From: Microcoleus sp.
GTDB taxonomy: Bacteria; Cyanobacteriota; Cyanobacteriia; Cyanobacteriales; Microcoleaceae
Assembly: GCA_042408215.1 (NCBI GenBank)
Contig: JAYFMW010000005.1
Coordinates: 160,001 to 224,000 of the forward strand
DNA: 64,000 nucleotides
Direction of reading: 5' to 3'
In this document: positions 51,407-62,089 of the stretch, in pieces
Layout: each line of letters starts with the position of its first letter
Position numbering within the stretch: position 1 is the first letter of the stretch
The notes under the pieces: model-generated
The model's database searches: none
What the model saw: the letters and a program-made list of their open reading frames with translations, nothing else
Told to the model about the DNA's origin: nothing
Program-made: the position numbers and the translations under genes

Positions 51407-52854
51407 ACAATTGAATTGAGACTTTGGGCTGCATCGTTCAATTGTTGAGCGCCTACTTTGGTGTGAGTAATACCACTAGCGGTTTCTTTGGCCGATTGGT
51501 TGAGGCTGTTCATAGCATCGACTACTTGTTGAATGGCGATCGCCTGTTGTTGAGCAGTTAGAGAAATTTGTTGATTGTTCAATACCACATTGTTAAAAGC
51601 ATAAGCCACTTCCGAGAAAGCTGCTGCCGTTTGTTGACTAATTTTGTTTCCTGATTCTACTGTGTTAGTACCTTCATTTGTCACCGTTACAGTGGAATCG
51701 ATCGCATTCTCGATCTCAGCGACAAGGTTGTTAATCTTCTCAGCAGATTTCTTACTTTGATCTGCTAGTTTGCGGATTTCTGTTGCTATGACAGTAAAAC
51801 CTTTGCCGTTTTCGCCCGCCCGCACCGCTTCTATTGCGGCATTTATCGCTAACATATTCGTTTGATTGGCTAAATCTGTCACCACACTAGAGATATTGCC
51901 AATCTGATTGGTTTGTTCGCTCAATCGCATAATTTGTTGGGCGATCGCCCCGACATTTTCTTTCAATATTGTCATATATTCCAGAGTTTCCTTCACTGCT
52001 AGGGTTCCCCCTTCAGCGATCTTTAAAGCTTTCCGTGCAGATTCAGCACCAGCTTGGGCTTGCTGGGCTGATTGTTGGGAAGAAGCGCCCAACTCATCCA
52101 TTACGATCGTAGTTTGATTCACAGCAGCAGATTGCTGTGCGGCGGTGCGTTCCTGCTGTTCAACTGTGGTCGCAATCTCTGTCGAAGAACTGGCGATCGC
52201 ATTTACTGCTTCACCAATCGTTTTAGCAATACCTGAAGAGATTAAAAAGGCAGTAATCAAGGCGATCGTGATGCCTAAGACTGCCCCAACCAAAACGGCA
52301 GAGACTAAAAAGCGGATATTTTCCTCTGCGTTGGAAGTTACAGCGTCAAGAAGTTCCTGCTCTTTTTCACCAAAGTAGTTATTTAATTCGTAATACTCAT
52401 TCAGAATTAATGCCCCTTTTTTTGTGGAAAACAATTCCAGCGCTTCTTTTTGTTTTCCTTGCTTTACTAACTTAATCATTTTCCCATAATAATCATCATA
52501 TTCTTTTTGTAAGTCAATTAATGTTTTCAGAAGCTCTTTCTGGCTGGTATTTTCAATCGTATTGCCGAGAGATTTTGCTAATTTCTGAAATTTTAGTAAG
52601 TTGTTCTGATAATCCTTTAAAAAATATTCATCCCTGTTCAGAATATAGCCTCTCGTATCTCCCACCATTTGGGCCAGGTAAAAACCCATACGATCCACCC
52701 CTTCTATGGTAGTTATTGAGATTTTTGTTTGTCTATAGGACTCCCCTACCTTACTGGCGCTTGAGAAGACTGGTATCACTAATCCTAAAAATAAAGAAAT
52801 GGGAACTGCATATCCGAGTAACATCCGGTTTCTCAGCTTCAAGTTGGTGAACAT
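51403..52854 (-). CDS. Methyl-accepting chemotaxis protein (CHASE3-like sensor)
   Basis: 2 TM segments, RGYIL, and [21 protein letters not shown]. Confidence 0.93.
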   Translation of the reverse strand: MFTNLKLRNRMLLGYAVPISLFLGLVIPVFSSASKVGESYRQTKISITTIEGVDRMGFYLAQMVGDTRGYILNRDEYFLKDYQNNLLKFQKLAKSLGNTIENTSQKELLKTLIDLQKEYDDYYGKMIKLVKQGKQKEALELFSTKKGALILNEYYELNNYFGEKEQELLDAVTSNAEENIRFLVSAVLVGAVLGITIALITAFLISSGIAKTIGEAVNAIASSSTEIATTVEQQERTAAQQSAAVNQTTIVMDELGASSQQSAQQAQAGAESARKALKIAEGGTLAVKETLEYMTILKENVGAIAQQIMRLSEQTNQIGNISSVVTDLANQTNMLAINAAIEAVRAGENGKGFTVIATEIRKLADQSKKSAEKINNLVAEIENAIDSTVTVTNEGTNTVESGNKISQQTAAAFSEVAYAFNNVVLNNQQISLTAQQQAIAIQQVVDAMNSLNQSAKETASGITHTKVGAQQLNDAAQSLNSIV

Positions 52855-52893
52855 GATAATATCTCCTTTTAAGTTAAGTAGCCCTAGGGCCTG

Positions 52894-54345
52894 CTAAACT
52901 ATTGAATTGAGACTTTGGGCAGCATCGTTCAATTGTTGAGCGCCTACTTTGGTTTGAGTAATGCCACTAGCGGTTTCTTTGGCCGATTGGTTGAGGCTGT
53001 TCATAGCATCGACTACTTGTTGAATAGCAACTGCCTGTTGTTGGGCCGTTAGATAAATTTGTTGATTGTCCAATACCACATTGTTAAAAGCCTTTGTCAC
53101 TTCCGAGAAAGCTCCTGCCGTTTTTAGACTAATTTTGTTTCCTTCTTCTACTGTCTTACTGCCTTCATTTGTCACCGTTACAGTGGAATTGAGCGCATTC
53201 TTGATATCAGCGACAAGGTTGTTAATCTTCTCAGCAGATTTCTTACTTATATCTGCTAGTTTGCGGATTTCTGTTGCTATGACATTAAAACCTTTGCCGT
53301 TTTCGCCCGCCCGCACCGCTTCTACTGCGGCATTTAGCGCTAACATATTCGTTTGATTGGCTAAATCTGTCACCACACTAGAGATATTGCCAATCTGATT
53401 GGTTTGTTCGTTCAAGCGCATAATTTGTTGGGCGATCGCCCCTACTTTTTCTTTCAATATTGTCATCGATTCCAGGTTTTGCTCCACTGCTAGGGCTCCC
53501 CCTTCAGTGATCTTTAAAGCTTGCCGTGCAGCGCCCGCAGCAGCTTGGGCTTGCTGGGCTGATTGTTGAGAAGCAGCGCCCAACTCATCCATTGTGATCG
53601 TAGTTTGATTTACAGAGCTAGATTGCTGTAGGGCTGTGCGTTCCTGCTGTTCAACTGTGGTCGCAATCTCTGTCGAAGAACTGGCGATCGCACTAACTGC
53701 TTCACCAATCGTTTTAGCAATACCTGAAGAGATTAAAAAGGCAGTAATCAAGGCGATCGTGATGCCTAAGACTGCCCCAACCAAAACGGCAAAGACTAAA
53801 AAGCGGATAGTTTCTTCTGCTTTGGAAGTTGCAGCGCCCAGAATTTCATGCTCTTTTTGATTAAAGGAGCGATTTATTTCGTCAACCTCATTCATAATTA
53901 ATACTTCTTTTTTGGTGGCAAAAACATCCAGCGCTTCTTTTTGCTTTCCTTGTTTTACTAACTCAATCATTTGTTCGGAATAATACTCATATTTTTTTTG
54001 TAAGTCCAGGGCTTTTTTTAATCGCTCTTTCTGGCTGAAATTTTCAATCGTATTGCTTACAGATTCTGCTGATTCCTGAAATTTTTCTAAGTCTGTCTTA
54101 TAAGCCTTTAAATAATCTTCATCTCTGCTCAAAATATAGCCTCTCGTATCTCCCACCATTTGGGAAATGGAAAAATTCATAGCATTCACCCCCTCGATGG
54201 AAGTAATTGATCTTGTTGTTTGTCTATAGGACTCGGCTATCTGACTGGCGCTTGAGAATACTGGTATCACTAATCCTAAAAATAAAACAATGGGAATTAT
54301 ATATCCGAGGAACATCCGGTTCCTCAGCTTCAAGTTGGCGAACAT
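52894..54345 (-). CDS. Methyl-accepting chemotaxis protein, tandem paralog
   Basis: Same architecture and length (483 aa). Confidence 0.93.
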   Translation of the reverse strand: MFANLKLRNRMFLGYIIPIVLFLGLVIPVFSSASQIAESYRQTTRSITSIEGVNAMNFSISQMVGDTRGYILSRDEDYLKAYKTDLEKFQESAESVSNTIENFSQKERLKKALDLQKKYEYYSEQMIELVKQGKQKEALDVFATKKEVLIMNEVDEINRSFNQKEHEILGAATSKAEETIRFLVFAVLVGAVLGITIALITAFLISSGIAKTIGEAVSAIASSSTEIATTVEQQERTALQQSSSVNQTTITMDELGAASQQSAQQAQAAAGAARQALKITEGGALAVEQNLESMTILKEKVGAIAQQIMRLNEQTNQIGNISSVVTDLANQTNMLALNAAVEAVRAGENGKGFNVIATEIRKLADISKKSAEKINNLVADIKNALNSTVTVTNEGSKTVEEGNKISLKTAGAFSEVTKAFNNVVLDNQQIYLTAQQQAVAIQQVVDAMNSLNQSAKETASGITQTKVGAQQLNDAAQSLNSIV

Positions 54346-54658
54346 AGCAAGCTCTCCTTTTAGGTGAAGTGGCTGAATTATCTGATTCTAAACCATTGAC
54401 TCAGACTTATCAATAAAAATCGGGCAAAACTTAATATCGAGCCAGCGATGCAGGTCAAAGTCTTTAGGATTGAGGGTTGTTTTGTTTGCTTCGATTTTGG
54501 ATAAATCCTGTTTATTCGATTGTAGCGGGGAATTGAGGAACGAAACCCAAACATCGTCAAATTCTCTCCCCCACTCTTCCTCTCTCCCACTCTTGATTGG
54601 GGTGCAAGTCGATCGCAAAGCGTGTTAAAACCTAGTTAAACGACCGAATTCTCAACTT

Positions 54659-55681
54659 ATGGAAATACTTGTGACGCTGCTGCTGGGTTCGGTGTTGTTT
54701 GTCTGGGGAATGAGGTTCGGAAAGGTGTTAGTTCGATCGGGAGCGACCGCTAATGACTTGTTTAAGGGCCGAAATTCGATCGCCCTGCTGTTTTTAGGTT
54801 TTTATATTGCTTTGCTGCTACTGGCTCTAAACCTGCCACAAATACCAGCTTTGCCGATCGAGTGGCGCGGGCACGGGATGCAAGTTACCTGGACTTTGTT
54901 ACGAGTAATGTTGATGGGAGTCTGCGGTATTGGTTTTACTATAAGCTGGCAGACGGCGCGATCGCAAGTAATTGCAGTCATTTTAATTGGCTGCTTGGGA
55001 TTAGGAGGATTTACTAGCGCTGAATCCTATTTCATGGCACCAATTTACGCTGATTTAGTTGACAATTTGCAGCCAAACGGTGTATTTCGCCAAACATCTA
55101 ACAGCAGTTGCGCCCCCGCCGCCCTAGCAACAATATTGAGAAAGTGGGGAATGAATGCGACGGAATCGAGTGTAGCTAAGGAGGCGAAAACCAGTCGTTT
55201 GGGAACTTCCATGCCACAGTTAATCGTAGCAGCAAGAGCTTTAGGAATGCAAGGAATTGAACTGACTCCGAGTTGGGAGCAAATGCAGCAAATTAATCGC
55301 CCCGGAGTATTAGCAGTTTGGCTATTTGACGGCCTTCGTAAACTTCCCCACGCCGTCTCTTTACTGGGAATGAACGACAATACCGCTGTAATTGGAGATC
55401 CGGCGCGGGGCAGAATTTTCTATTTAGACAGAGCAACTTTTGCCCAGATTTGGCGCGAACAATACGTGCCAATTTTTAAGCCGGCTGATATCTTGTTAAC
55501 TGACAAAGAAGCCATTGATTATTTGACTAAGTTGGGATATAAATCTGGGATTTTACAAACAGATCTTGAGCGCTTTCAAACAGATAAAAAGTTGCAAGTC
55601 AGCGGGGAGTTAGACTCAATTACTGCGTTAATGTTGAGTGGCAGTTTTTTGGAAAAAGTCCCCAGATTGGATGGCAAATAG
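54659..55681 (+). CDS. Membrane C39-like cysteine peptidase with a C-terminal peptidoglycan-binding-like domain
   Basis: QTSNSSCAPAALA (Cys), HAV, IGDPA and FQ....L..SG.LD..T. Confidence 0.8.
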   Translation: MEILVTLLLGSVLFVWGMRFGKVLVRSGATANDLFKGRNSIALLFLGFYIALLLLALNLPQIPALPIEWRGHGMQVTWTLLRVMLMGVCGIGFTISWQTARSQVIAVILIGCLGLGGFTSAESYFMAPIYADLVDNLQPNGVFRQTSNSSCAPAALATILRKWGMNATESSVAKEAKTSRLGTSMPQLIVAARALGMQGIELTPSWEQMQQINRPGVLAVWLFDGLRKLPHAVSLLGMNDNTAVIGDPARGRIFYLDRATFAQIWREQYVPIFKPADILLTDKEAIDYLTKLGYKSGILQTDLERFQTDKKLQVSGELDSITALMLSGSFLEKVPRLDGK

Positions 55682-56044
55682 TTATTGGAAATCATCCATC
55701 GCAGAGGCACTCTTGACGCAGAGGGAAGAGGAATCATGGGAGTTCACTCAAACAAGAGTTGAGTCATTCGTTCATAGCAATCGCAAAAATTCGATCGCCC
55801 CAGCAGATCGTCAACGATCGCACCTTCGTAGCGTAGCTGCATGAAATTACCAATGTAACCCTAGGCAGTTGCATCTCATATGGTGCGTTTAAATCCCATA
55901 AATAAAAAACGATTTTTCTGCCAGAAAGTCCGAGAAGGCTTTAAAATCAGCGCCGATTATCTGACTAATTTATTCATGACTATGACGACCGATTCCATAC
56001 ATTTTCATCCTGTCTTTTTACTGTCGATCGCAGTTTTTCCACCC

Positions 56045-56533
56045 TCACCGTTTTTGACAATTGGGAACAGTAGAATCGCTCATTTGAGGCTCAGACAGCT
56101 TGACTTCCCAGCCCGGTAAATTCCACCAATTAACTCGCTGATCCGGCTGAATCCAGAAGTTTAGTTGCGCGATCTTGCCATCCTCAAATCTGAGTTTTGG
56201 AAAGGTGGGATAACTGGTATCATCAGTTTCGCGGTAAGTGCGTTCAAGGTAATTCATGCAGGTCGTTAATCCCTCAGCAATTCCCAATTCTTCCACTCCT
56301 GTTCCCTTCAATTTCGCATCATCATAGCTGAAGGAGCCGTTGAATGAATTGCCCGCTAATCGGCCTTGGGTAACAGCGATCGTGAAATCGTAGGTGACGG
56401 GAACTGCGTAGGCTTGGGTTGCAGTAACAACTGTACTCAGAAGAGTCGTGGCGATCGCCACCGAGAGTTTTGAAATGGCTGGCACACTCGCATTCCGAAA
56501 AAGAACAACACTATAAATTTCGCTTTCAGTCAT
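56045..56533 (-). CDS. Hypothetical secreted protein
   Basis: Signal-like segment ending AQAYA, then G.FSYDD; start uncertain. Confidence 0.65.
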   Translation of the reverse strand: MTESEIYSVVLFRNASVPAISKLSVAIATTLLSTVVTATQAYAVPVTYDFTIAVTQGRLAGNSFNGSFSYDDAKLKGTGVEELGIAEGLTTCMNYLERTYRETDDTSYPTFPKLRFEDGKIAQLNFWIQPDQRVNWWNLPGWEVKLSEPQMSDSTVPNCQKR

Positions 56534-56704
56534 CGGGAAACTCCTTGATTACACTTCTATAGTCAGTGTGCGTTTCGGATATGATATCATAAGCAATGAG
56601 TTAAATGCGATCGCAGCAGACTGCCAAGCCAACAAAATTTACCGCCTATGGTTAATAGTGTATACTTTTTGGGTACTGAAAACCCCAACAGAAAACCCTC
56701 GTCT

Positions 56705-57733
56705 TTAATCGCCCAGCATTAACTCAGTAGATTTAACCACATTCATACCCGCCGCCGCAAATCTTTGAAAAGCCGCATCTGCGGGTTCCGTAAAATCAAC
56801 AACACCCGGAACAACCACAGGCGAAGTACAATCTTCCAGCAAATAAACCTTCTTCGCCAACTCCGAATCTCGCGCCAAAATTTCCGTCAGCAAATCATCA
56901 ATCGTCCAAGCAACGCAGTGACTTTTAGCTTGTCCGGCAATAATTACCGCATCAAAATCCAGCAACTTATCAATAAAACCAACATTCTTTTGAGCAATCG
57001 GATTACCGTCGAATCCATCTAAAACTTCCGGCCGCAAAACAGAATAGTTTTCTGTTAGCGGATTCCCACCTTTGATTTCAAAAAGTGCTTGACTTTCGCG
57101 AGCAATGCTATGAAAAAATATTGCTTCTTCCACAGCGGAAACCAGCGCGTGTCCGATGCCGCCAAGCATAGAGTGATAGGGCCAAATTGTCAAAGGATAT
57201 TTCCCAAGATCGCTAAGTTTTTTCACATAGTGCAGAGCGTGTTTTTCCAGAGCAGAAAAATTGCCAGCGCTGATGCTGTCAGCCACGGCTGGATTAACTT
57301 TCCAAATGCCTTTTTCGACATCTTCTAGGGTGATAGAAGTTGCGGCTGGTTGCGGGTGTTCGCCTGCTTCATTTATCCAAAAAATTGGATGAAAAATTTG
57401 CATAGCCTTGTGCGTGTCCATTGTGGGCGCAATGGCTGTAATTCTGTCTAAATTGCGGTAAATAAACTCGCACAGCCGCAGATTGTCATCAATAGCAGCG
57501 CTACCAGAACGCCCACCGACGAATAGTTCAAATTCCGGCAAACAAAAAGTATTTTGGGCATCAATTATCAACAAACAAATGCGGTTTATATCCCTAGCAG
57601 CCGGCATAATACTGTGTTTTACAGCCCATTCTTTAGCTTGAACAGCGCGTTCTTGATAAAGGACACGCCAGACTTCGCTGACTTTCTTCGGGTCAAAATA
57701 CTCAGGAATGGGGAGTAAGCTTTTTGCAGTCAT
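56705..57733 (-). CDS. Isochorismatase/nicotinamidase-like cysteine hydrolase
   Basis: LLIIDAQNTFC, DTH, WPYH and AGQAKSHCV motifs. Confidence 0.88.
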   Translation of the reverse strand: MTAKSLLPIPEYFDPKKVSEVWRVLYQERAVQAKEWAVKHSIMPAARDINRICLLIIDAQNTFCLPEFELFVGGRSGSAAIDDNLRLCEFIYRNLDRITAIAPTMDTHKAMQIFHPIFWINEAGEHPQPAATSITLEDVEKGIWKVNPAVADSISAGNFSALEKHALHYVKKLSDLGKYPLTIWPYHSMLGGIGHALVSAVEEAIFFHSIARESQALFEIKGGNPLTENYSVLRPEVLDGFDGNPIAQKNVGFIDKLLDFDAVIIAGQAKSHCVAWTIDDLLTEILARDSELAKKVYLLEDCTSPVVVPGVVDFTEPADAAFQRFAAAGMNVVKSTELMLGD

Positions 57734-58016
57734 GGCTAATTTACTTGACAGTGGATTGTAACAAAAACTTAAATTAACAGTAAAAAATATTCAATCATTC
57801 GTCAACCTTTCCTTCTCTCTTTTCTTTCTCAGCGCTCTCTGCGCCCTCTGCGGTAAAAAAAAATCAAAAATCTCATCGGATTAGAGTATAATAATCAATG
57901 ATAACACAATTATCATGCCTTGCAAACTAATTTTAAGGTTTCGTTATGACCCAGAGGCGTAACTATGAACCTGTCAATGTGTAACTCATAATCCAAATAG
58001 CTATTGAGGGTGAATT

Positions 58017-58748
58017 ATGCCACAAGCACAAAATCCCAATTATCCCCGGAACATTTTTAAACGCAGATTGTTGTTTTTCTCGATCGCCCTTTTTCTCACT
58101 CTCTTAATTCTAGCAACTAAATCTTCCTACGTTCAAGATTTTTGCAGAAATGTGTTAATGCGGATCGAGGACTTAGGCGCTTGGAGACCGATCGCATTTG
58201 TAATCACATACAACTTAGCTACTATACTATTTATACCGGGCTCTGTGTTGACTTTGGGAGGCGGCGTGCTGTTTGGCCTGTGGTGGGGCTCAATCTACGT
58301 GTTTGTGGCCGCAACTTTAGGGGCTACCTTTGCTTTCCTAATTGGGCGATACTTGTCCCGCGATCGCGTGGTAAAATACATGGAAGCCCATCCCAAATTC
58401 CAAGCTCTGGATCGCGCCGTTTCCCAAGAAGGATTAAAAATAGTATTTTTGACTCGTCTTTGTCCTTTATTTCCTTTCAATTTATTGAATTACGCTTTAG
58501 GAATTACCCAAGTTTCTTTGAAAGATTATATACTAGGTTCCTTCGGCATGATACCGGGAACTGTCATGTATGTTTACTCCGGTTCTTTGGTGGGAGATCT
58601 TGCTGCGATCGGCGCGGCAACAGGGTGTACTAATCCCCAAGATTCAGCAGTAAAATGGTTGATTAATATCATCAGTTTTATTGCTACTGTCGCTGTTACT
58701 GTCTCTATCACTCGGATAGCGAACAAAGCTTTGGAAGAAAGTGTTTAA
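58017..58748 (+). CDS. TVP38/TMEM64 (DedA/VTT) membrane protein
   Basis: PGSVLTLGGG.LFG and RL.PLFPFNLLNY motifs. Confidence 0.92.
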   Translation: MPQAQNPNYPRNIFKRRLLFFSIALFLTLLILATKSSYVQDFCRNVLMRIEDLGAWRPIAFVITYNLATILFIPGSVLTLGGGVLFGLWWGSIYVFVAATLGATFAFLIGRYLSRDRVVKYMEAHPKFQALDRAVSQEGLKIVFLTRLCPLFPFNLLNYALGITQVSLKDYILGSFGMIPGTVMYVYSGSLVGDLAAIGAATGCTNPQDSAVKWLINIISFIATVAVTVSITRIANKALEESV

Positions 58749-58764
58749 TTAGGAGAATTTGCCA

Positions 58765-60300
58765 ATGTCGCAGTCAAAAGTCGATCGCCTAAATGTCCCC
58801 CCGATGGACGAACACAACCAAAAATTAGTCTCCTATTTACATCCGCCAGATTGGGTAAATCCCCAGCCAGCCAACTGTTACAATTTAGTAGTAATTGGAG
58901 CAGGCCCCGCTGGATTAATTGTGGCCGCCGGTGCCGCAGGTTTGGGCGCGAAAGTTGCTTTGATTGAAAAACATTTGATGGGCGGCGATTGTTTGAATGT
59001 AGGTTGTGTACCTTCAAAAGCGCTGATTCGTTCGTCTCGTACTGTCGGCGATATCTGGGAAGCGAGTAAATTTGGTGTTAAGGTTTCTGACAGTGCAGAA
59101 GTGGATTTTCCGGCTGTGATGGAAAGAATGCGGCGCATCAGGGCGGGAATCAGTGATGTTGATTCTGTTCAACGCTATCAACACAAATTAGGCGTAGATG
59201 TTTTTCTAGGTTCTGGTCGTTTTACTAGCAATAATACAGTAGAAGTGGCTGGTCAAACTCTCCCCTTTAAAAAAGCAGTAATTGCGACCGGTGCAAGGGC
59301 GCTACAACCGCAAATTTCCGGTTTACAAGAAGCTGGATATCTGACTAATGAAACTGTGTTTAACCTCACGGAAAAGCCGCAACGTTTGGCAATAATTGGC
59401 GCAGGTCCGATCGGCTGCGAATTGGCTCAAGCCTTCCGGCGGCTGGGTTCGGAAGTCGTGTTGCTGCACAAAAATCCTCACATTTTGGACAAGGAAGATG
59501 TCGATGCTGCTAACATTGTGCAGCAGGCTTTTGTGAGGGAAGAAATTCAGCTAATACTTGAATGCAAAGTCGATCGCGTTGAGCAAACAAATACAGGCAA
59601 AGTAATTTATTATCAATCTCAGGGTAAAGTAGGTACTGTGACTGTAGATGAAATTCTGATTAGCACCGGGCGATCGCCCAATGTGGAAGGATTGAATTTG
59701 GAGGCGATCGGCGTTGAATACGATACACAAACGGGCGTATTTGTCAATGACAATTTGCAAACTACTAATCCCCGCATTTATGCTGCTGGCGATATCTGCA
59801 TGAAGCATAAATTTACTCATGCTGCTGATTTTGCGGCGAGGATTGTCATTCAAAATACGCTGTTTTTTGGACGCAAAAAGCTCAGTGCTTTGACTATACC
59901 TTGGTGTACATATACTAGCCCGGAGGTGGCGCACGTTGGAATGGGCGATCGCGAAATTCAAGCCAAAGGGATTGATGTCGATACATTTTTGATTCCTTTC
60001 AGTCAAGTCGATCGGGCAATTCTTGACGGAGAAGATGAGGGTTTTGTGAAAATTCACGTCAAGAAAGGCAGCGACAAAATATTAGGTGCAACTATTGTTG
60101 CTAGAAACGCTGGGGATATGATTAGCGAAATTACTTTAGCAATGATTAACAATATTGGTTTAGGCAAAATTGCGAGTGTAATTCATCCCTATCCGACGCA
60201 AGCTGAGGCTATTCGCAAAGCTGGGGATGCGTACAATCGCACTCGTTTGACACCGTTTGTCAAGAATTTGTTCAATCGCTGGCTGGCTTGGACTAGGTAG
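58765..60300 (+). CDS. MerA-like FAD-dependent disulfide oxidoreductase
   Basis: GAGPAG, GGDCLNVGCVPSK and HPYPT; no C-terminal Cys-Cys. Confidence 0.88.
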   Translation: MSQSKVDRLNVPPMDEHNQKLVSYLHPPDWVNPQPANCYNLVVIGAGPAGLIVAAGAAGLGAKVALIEKHLMGGDCLNVGCVPSKALIRSSRTVGDIWEASKFGVKVSDSAEVDFPAVMERMRRIRAGISDVDSVQRYQHKLGVDVFLGSGRFTSNNTVEVAGQTLPFKKAVIATGARALQPQISGLQEAGYLTNETVFNLTEKPQRLAIIGAGPIGCELAQAFRRLGSEVVLLHKNPHILDKEDVDAANIVQQAFVREEIQLILECKVDRVEQTNTGKVIYYQSQGKVGTVTVDEILISTGRSPNVEGLNLEAIGVEYDTQTGVFVNDNLQTTNPRIYAAGDICMKHKFTHAADFAARIVIQNTLFFGRKKLSALTIPWCTYTSPEVAHVGMGDREIQAKGIDVDTFLIPFSQVDRAILDGEDEGFVKIHVKKGSDKILGATIVARNAGDMISEITLAMINNIGLGKIASVIHPYPTQAEAIRKAGDAYNRTRLTPFVKNLFNRWLAWTR

Positions 60301-60681
60301 TTTGAAGTGTATTGAATCAACACCAGGTACAATTGAACCGTAGGGGCGGGTTCACCAACAATATATAACAAGAACCAACAATCTCAATAAACCCGCCCCC
60401 ACTGATAGAAAATACAAATTTACCATTAATATCAAATCCGGTAGCATCGTCCTGTATTCATCTCTCTTCTCTCCCTCTGTGTTCTCTGCGTTCTCTGCGG
60501 TTAAATCATTCCGATGCAACCGGAAACGATATAATTTATTGAATCAAATGTTGATGTAAAATTGGGCGTTGGAGGGCGGGTTTATCAGATTGTTTGATTT
60601 GTGTTCGGGATTTCGGCGAACCCGCCCCTACGCGGATTTCGGTTTTCAACATTCCCATTTACGTTTCCGTACATTGATTGA

Positions 60682-61059
60682 CTAATCAATTAAATTCAAT
60701 CTATTTTCATACCCCCGCATTATCTTCTGTAATACGTGCCTTAACCTTTCAAAGTCAGCGTCTTCTAAGGAGAAAGTAATTGCAACCTCATCATACTCTG
60801 GAAGAGTTATTGTATCGGAACCGAAACGAACAGTAAATCGATCGCGACTAAGAGTAACCCAATCGATGCCTACATCTTCTATCCAATCTCCATCGTCCAG
60901 CTCTGCATAGATATTTTTTCTGTTAGGAACAGTCTCTTCTTCAGACCCTTCTTCTCGTGTCAGGATGAAATAATGTTCGCCCCCCTTAGCTTCAGAAAAA
61001 CCCACATACAAATTGGCTTCAATAGCATCAAAGCAAGGGGCAAAAAATTCAGTTGTCAT
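60682..61059 (-). CDS. Imm10-like immunity-type protein
   Basis: Acidic 125-aa protein with VGF....YF.L.R....Y.E.DD.......I..V.L.R pattern; recognised from memory. Confidence 0.5.
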   Translation of the reverse strand: MTTEFFAPCFDAIEANLYVGFSEAKGGEHYFILTREEGSEEETVPNRKNIYAELDDGDWIEDVGIDWVTLSRDRFTVRFGSDTITLPEYDEVAITFSLEDADFERLRHVLQKIMRGYENRLNLID

Positions 61060-61063
61060 AATT

Positions 61064-61912
61064 TTAAAAATCCCCTTCATCTACTTGAAATACAGTCATT
61101 CCCAAGCCTCTCCACATATCCACAACTTGCTGGCGATCGTCCAACACAAACTTAATGTTATACTTCCCATCAATATGCTGGCGATACAACTCTTCCTTCA
61201 TAATCGCATCCTTCCTCATGTCTCCCGTTTTCCGCATATAAAGACCAGCGTAATTCACCTCATACTGCTGCAACCATTTTTCAGTTTGAGGCTGACAATC
61301 ATCGGTGCGGCCCGACACTACAATAATATTAACGCTCGACTGCCACTTGCGAACAGTATCTAAAACTGGCTGATTCGGTAAATCGCGATCGCACATTGAA
61401 GCATCGAAAGGATTTCTGCCATTGAGAAGCGCTAAAGTGCCATCCATATCAACAATAATTGCATCGGGCAAATCGGGATTATATTCCGGTGGCGGAACGG
61501 GAACCCGCACATACCTATTATACATCTTCATAATCACATCTTTGCCAACAGAATTGAGCCTTTTCAAATCCCGTTTAATACATTCCTCCACCGGAACTTG
61601 CAGAAAAGAATCATTAACTTCGACAACAGCTTGGCCTTTGACCAACTCTTTAATATGTTCGATATGGGGCCCAAAATTAGTATCATCAACAATGACGTGA
61701 TTGCCGCTTTCCAAAGCCATCAAAATGATTCGATCTCTCAATTCCATAATAAACTTTTCATTCCCAGGCGACCAATGAGAAGCGTGAGCCATTTCTCGCA
61801 ATAAATCTTTATTGGTGCGAACCCATCTAGCCGGTTCAGACAGCAGCAATTCCCTAGCAAATTGAGATTTTCCAGAAGCAGGTAAACCGACAAGTACAAT
61901 AACTCTTTTCAT
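61064..61912 (-). CDS. T4-type polynucleotide 5'-kinase / 3'-phosphatase (Pnkp)
   Basis: GLPASGKS P-loop, NKD.LR, IVDDTN; HAD DMDGTL, SGR and LDDRQQVVDMW. Confidence 0.92.
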   Translation of the reverse strand: MKRVIVLVGLPASGKSQFARELLLSEPARWVRTNKDLLREMAHASHWSPGNEKFIMELRDRIILMALESGNHVIVDDTNFGPHIEHIKELVKGQAVVEVNDSFLQVPVEECIKRDLKRLNSVGKDVIMKMYNRYVRVPVPPPEYNPDLPDAIIVDMDGTLALLNGRNPFDASMCDRDLPNQPVLDTVRKWQSSVNIIVVSGRTDDCQPQTEKWLQQYEVNYAGLYMRKTGDMRKDAIMKEELYRQHIDGKYNIKFVLDDRQQVVDMWRGLGMTVFQVDEGDF

Positions 61913-62089
61913 GACAATTGGTAATGGGTAATGGGTAATGGGTAATTGGGCATTGGGCATCGGGCATTGGTTAGTCGTTATTGTTTATTGGTAGAGCCTC
62001 ACTAATAACAAATAAAAAATAACAAATAACTACTCACACTCGATAATTCATCCGTTAAATCCGTTACATAATCCGTTGCCGAACTTCTT

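Noticed and set aside
58765..60300. True mercury-resistance merA
   Set aside because: It lacks the C-terminal Cys-Cys pair, the NmerA domain and any mer operon genes.
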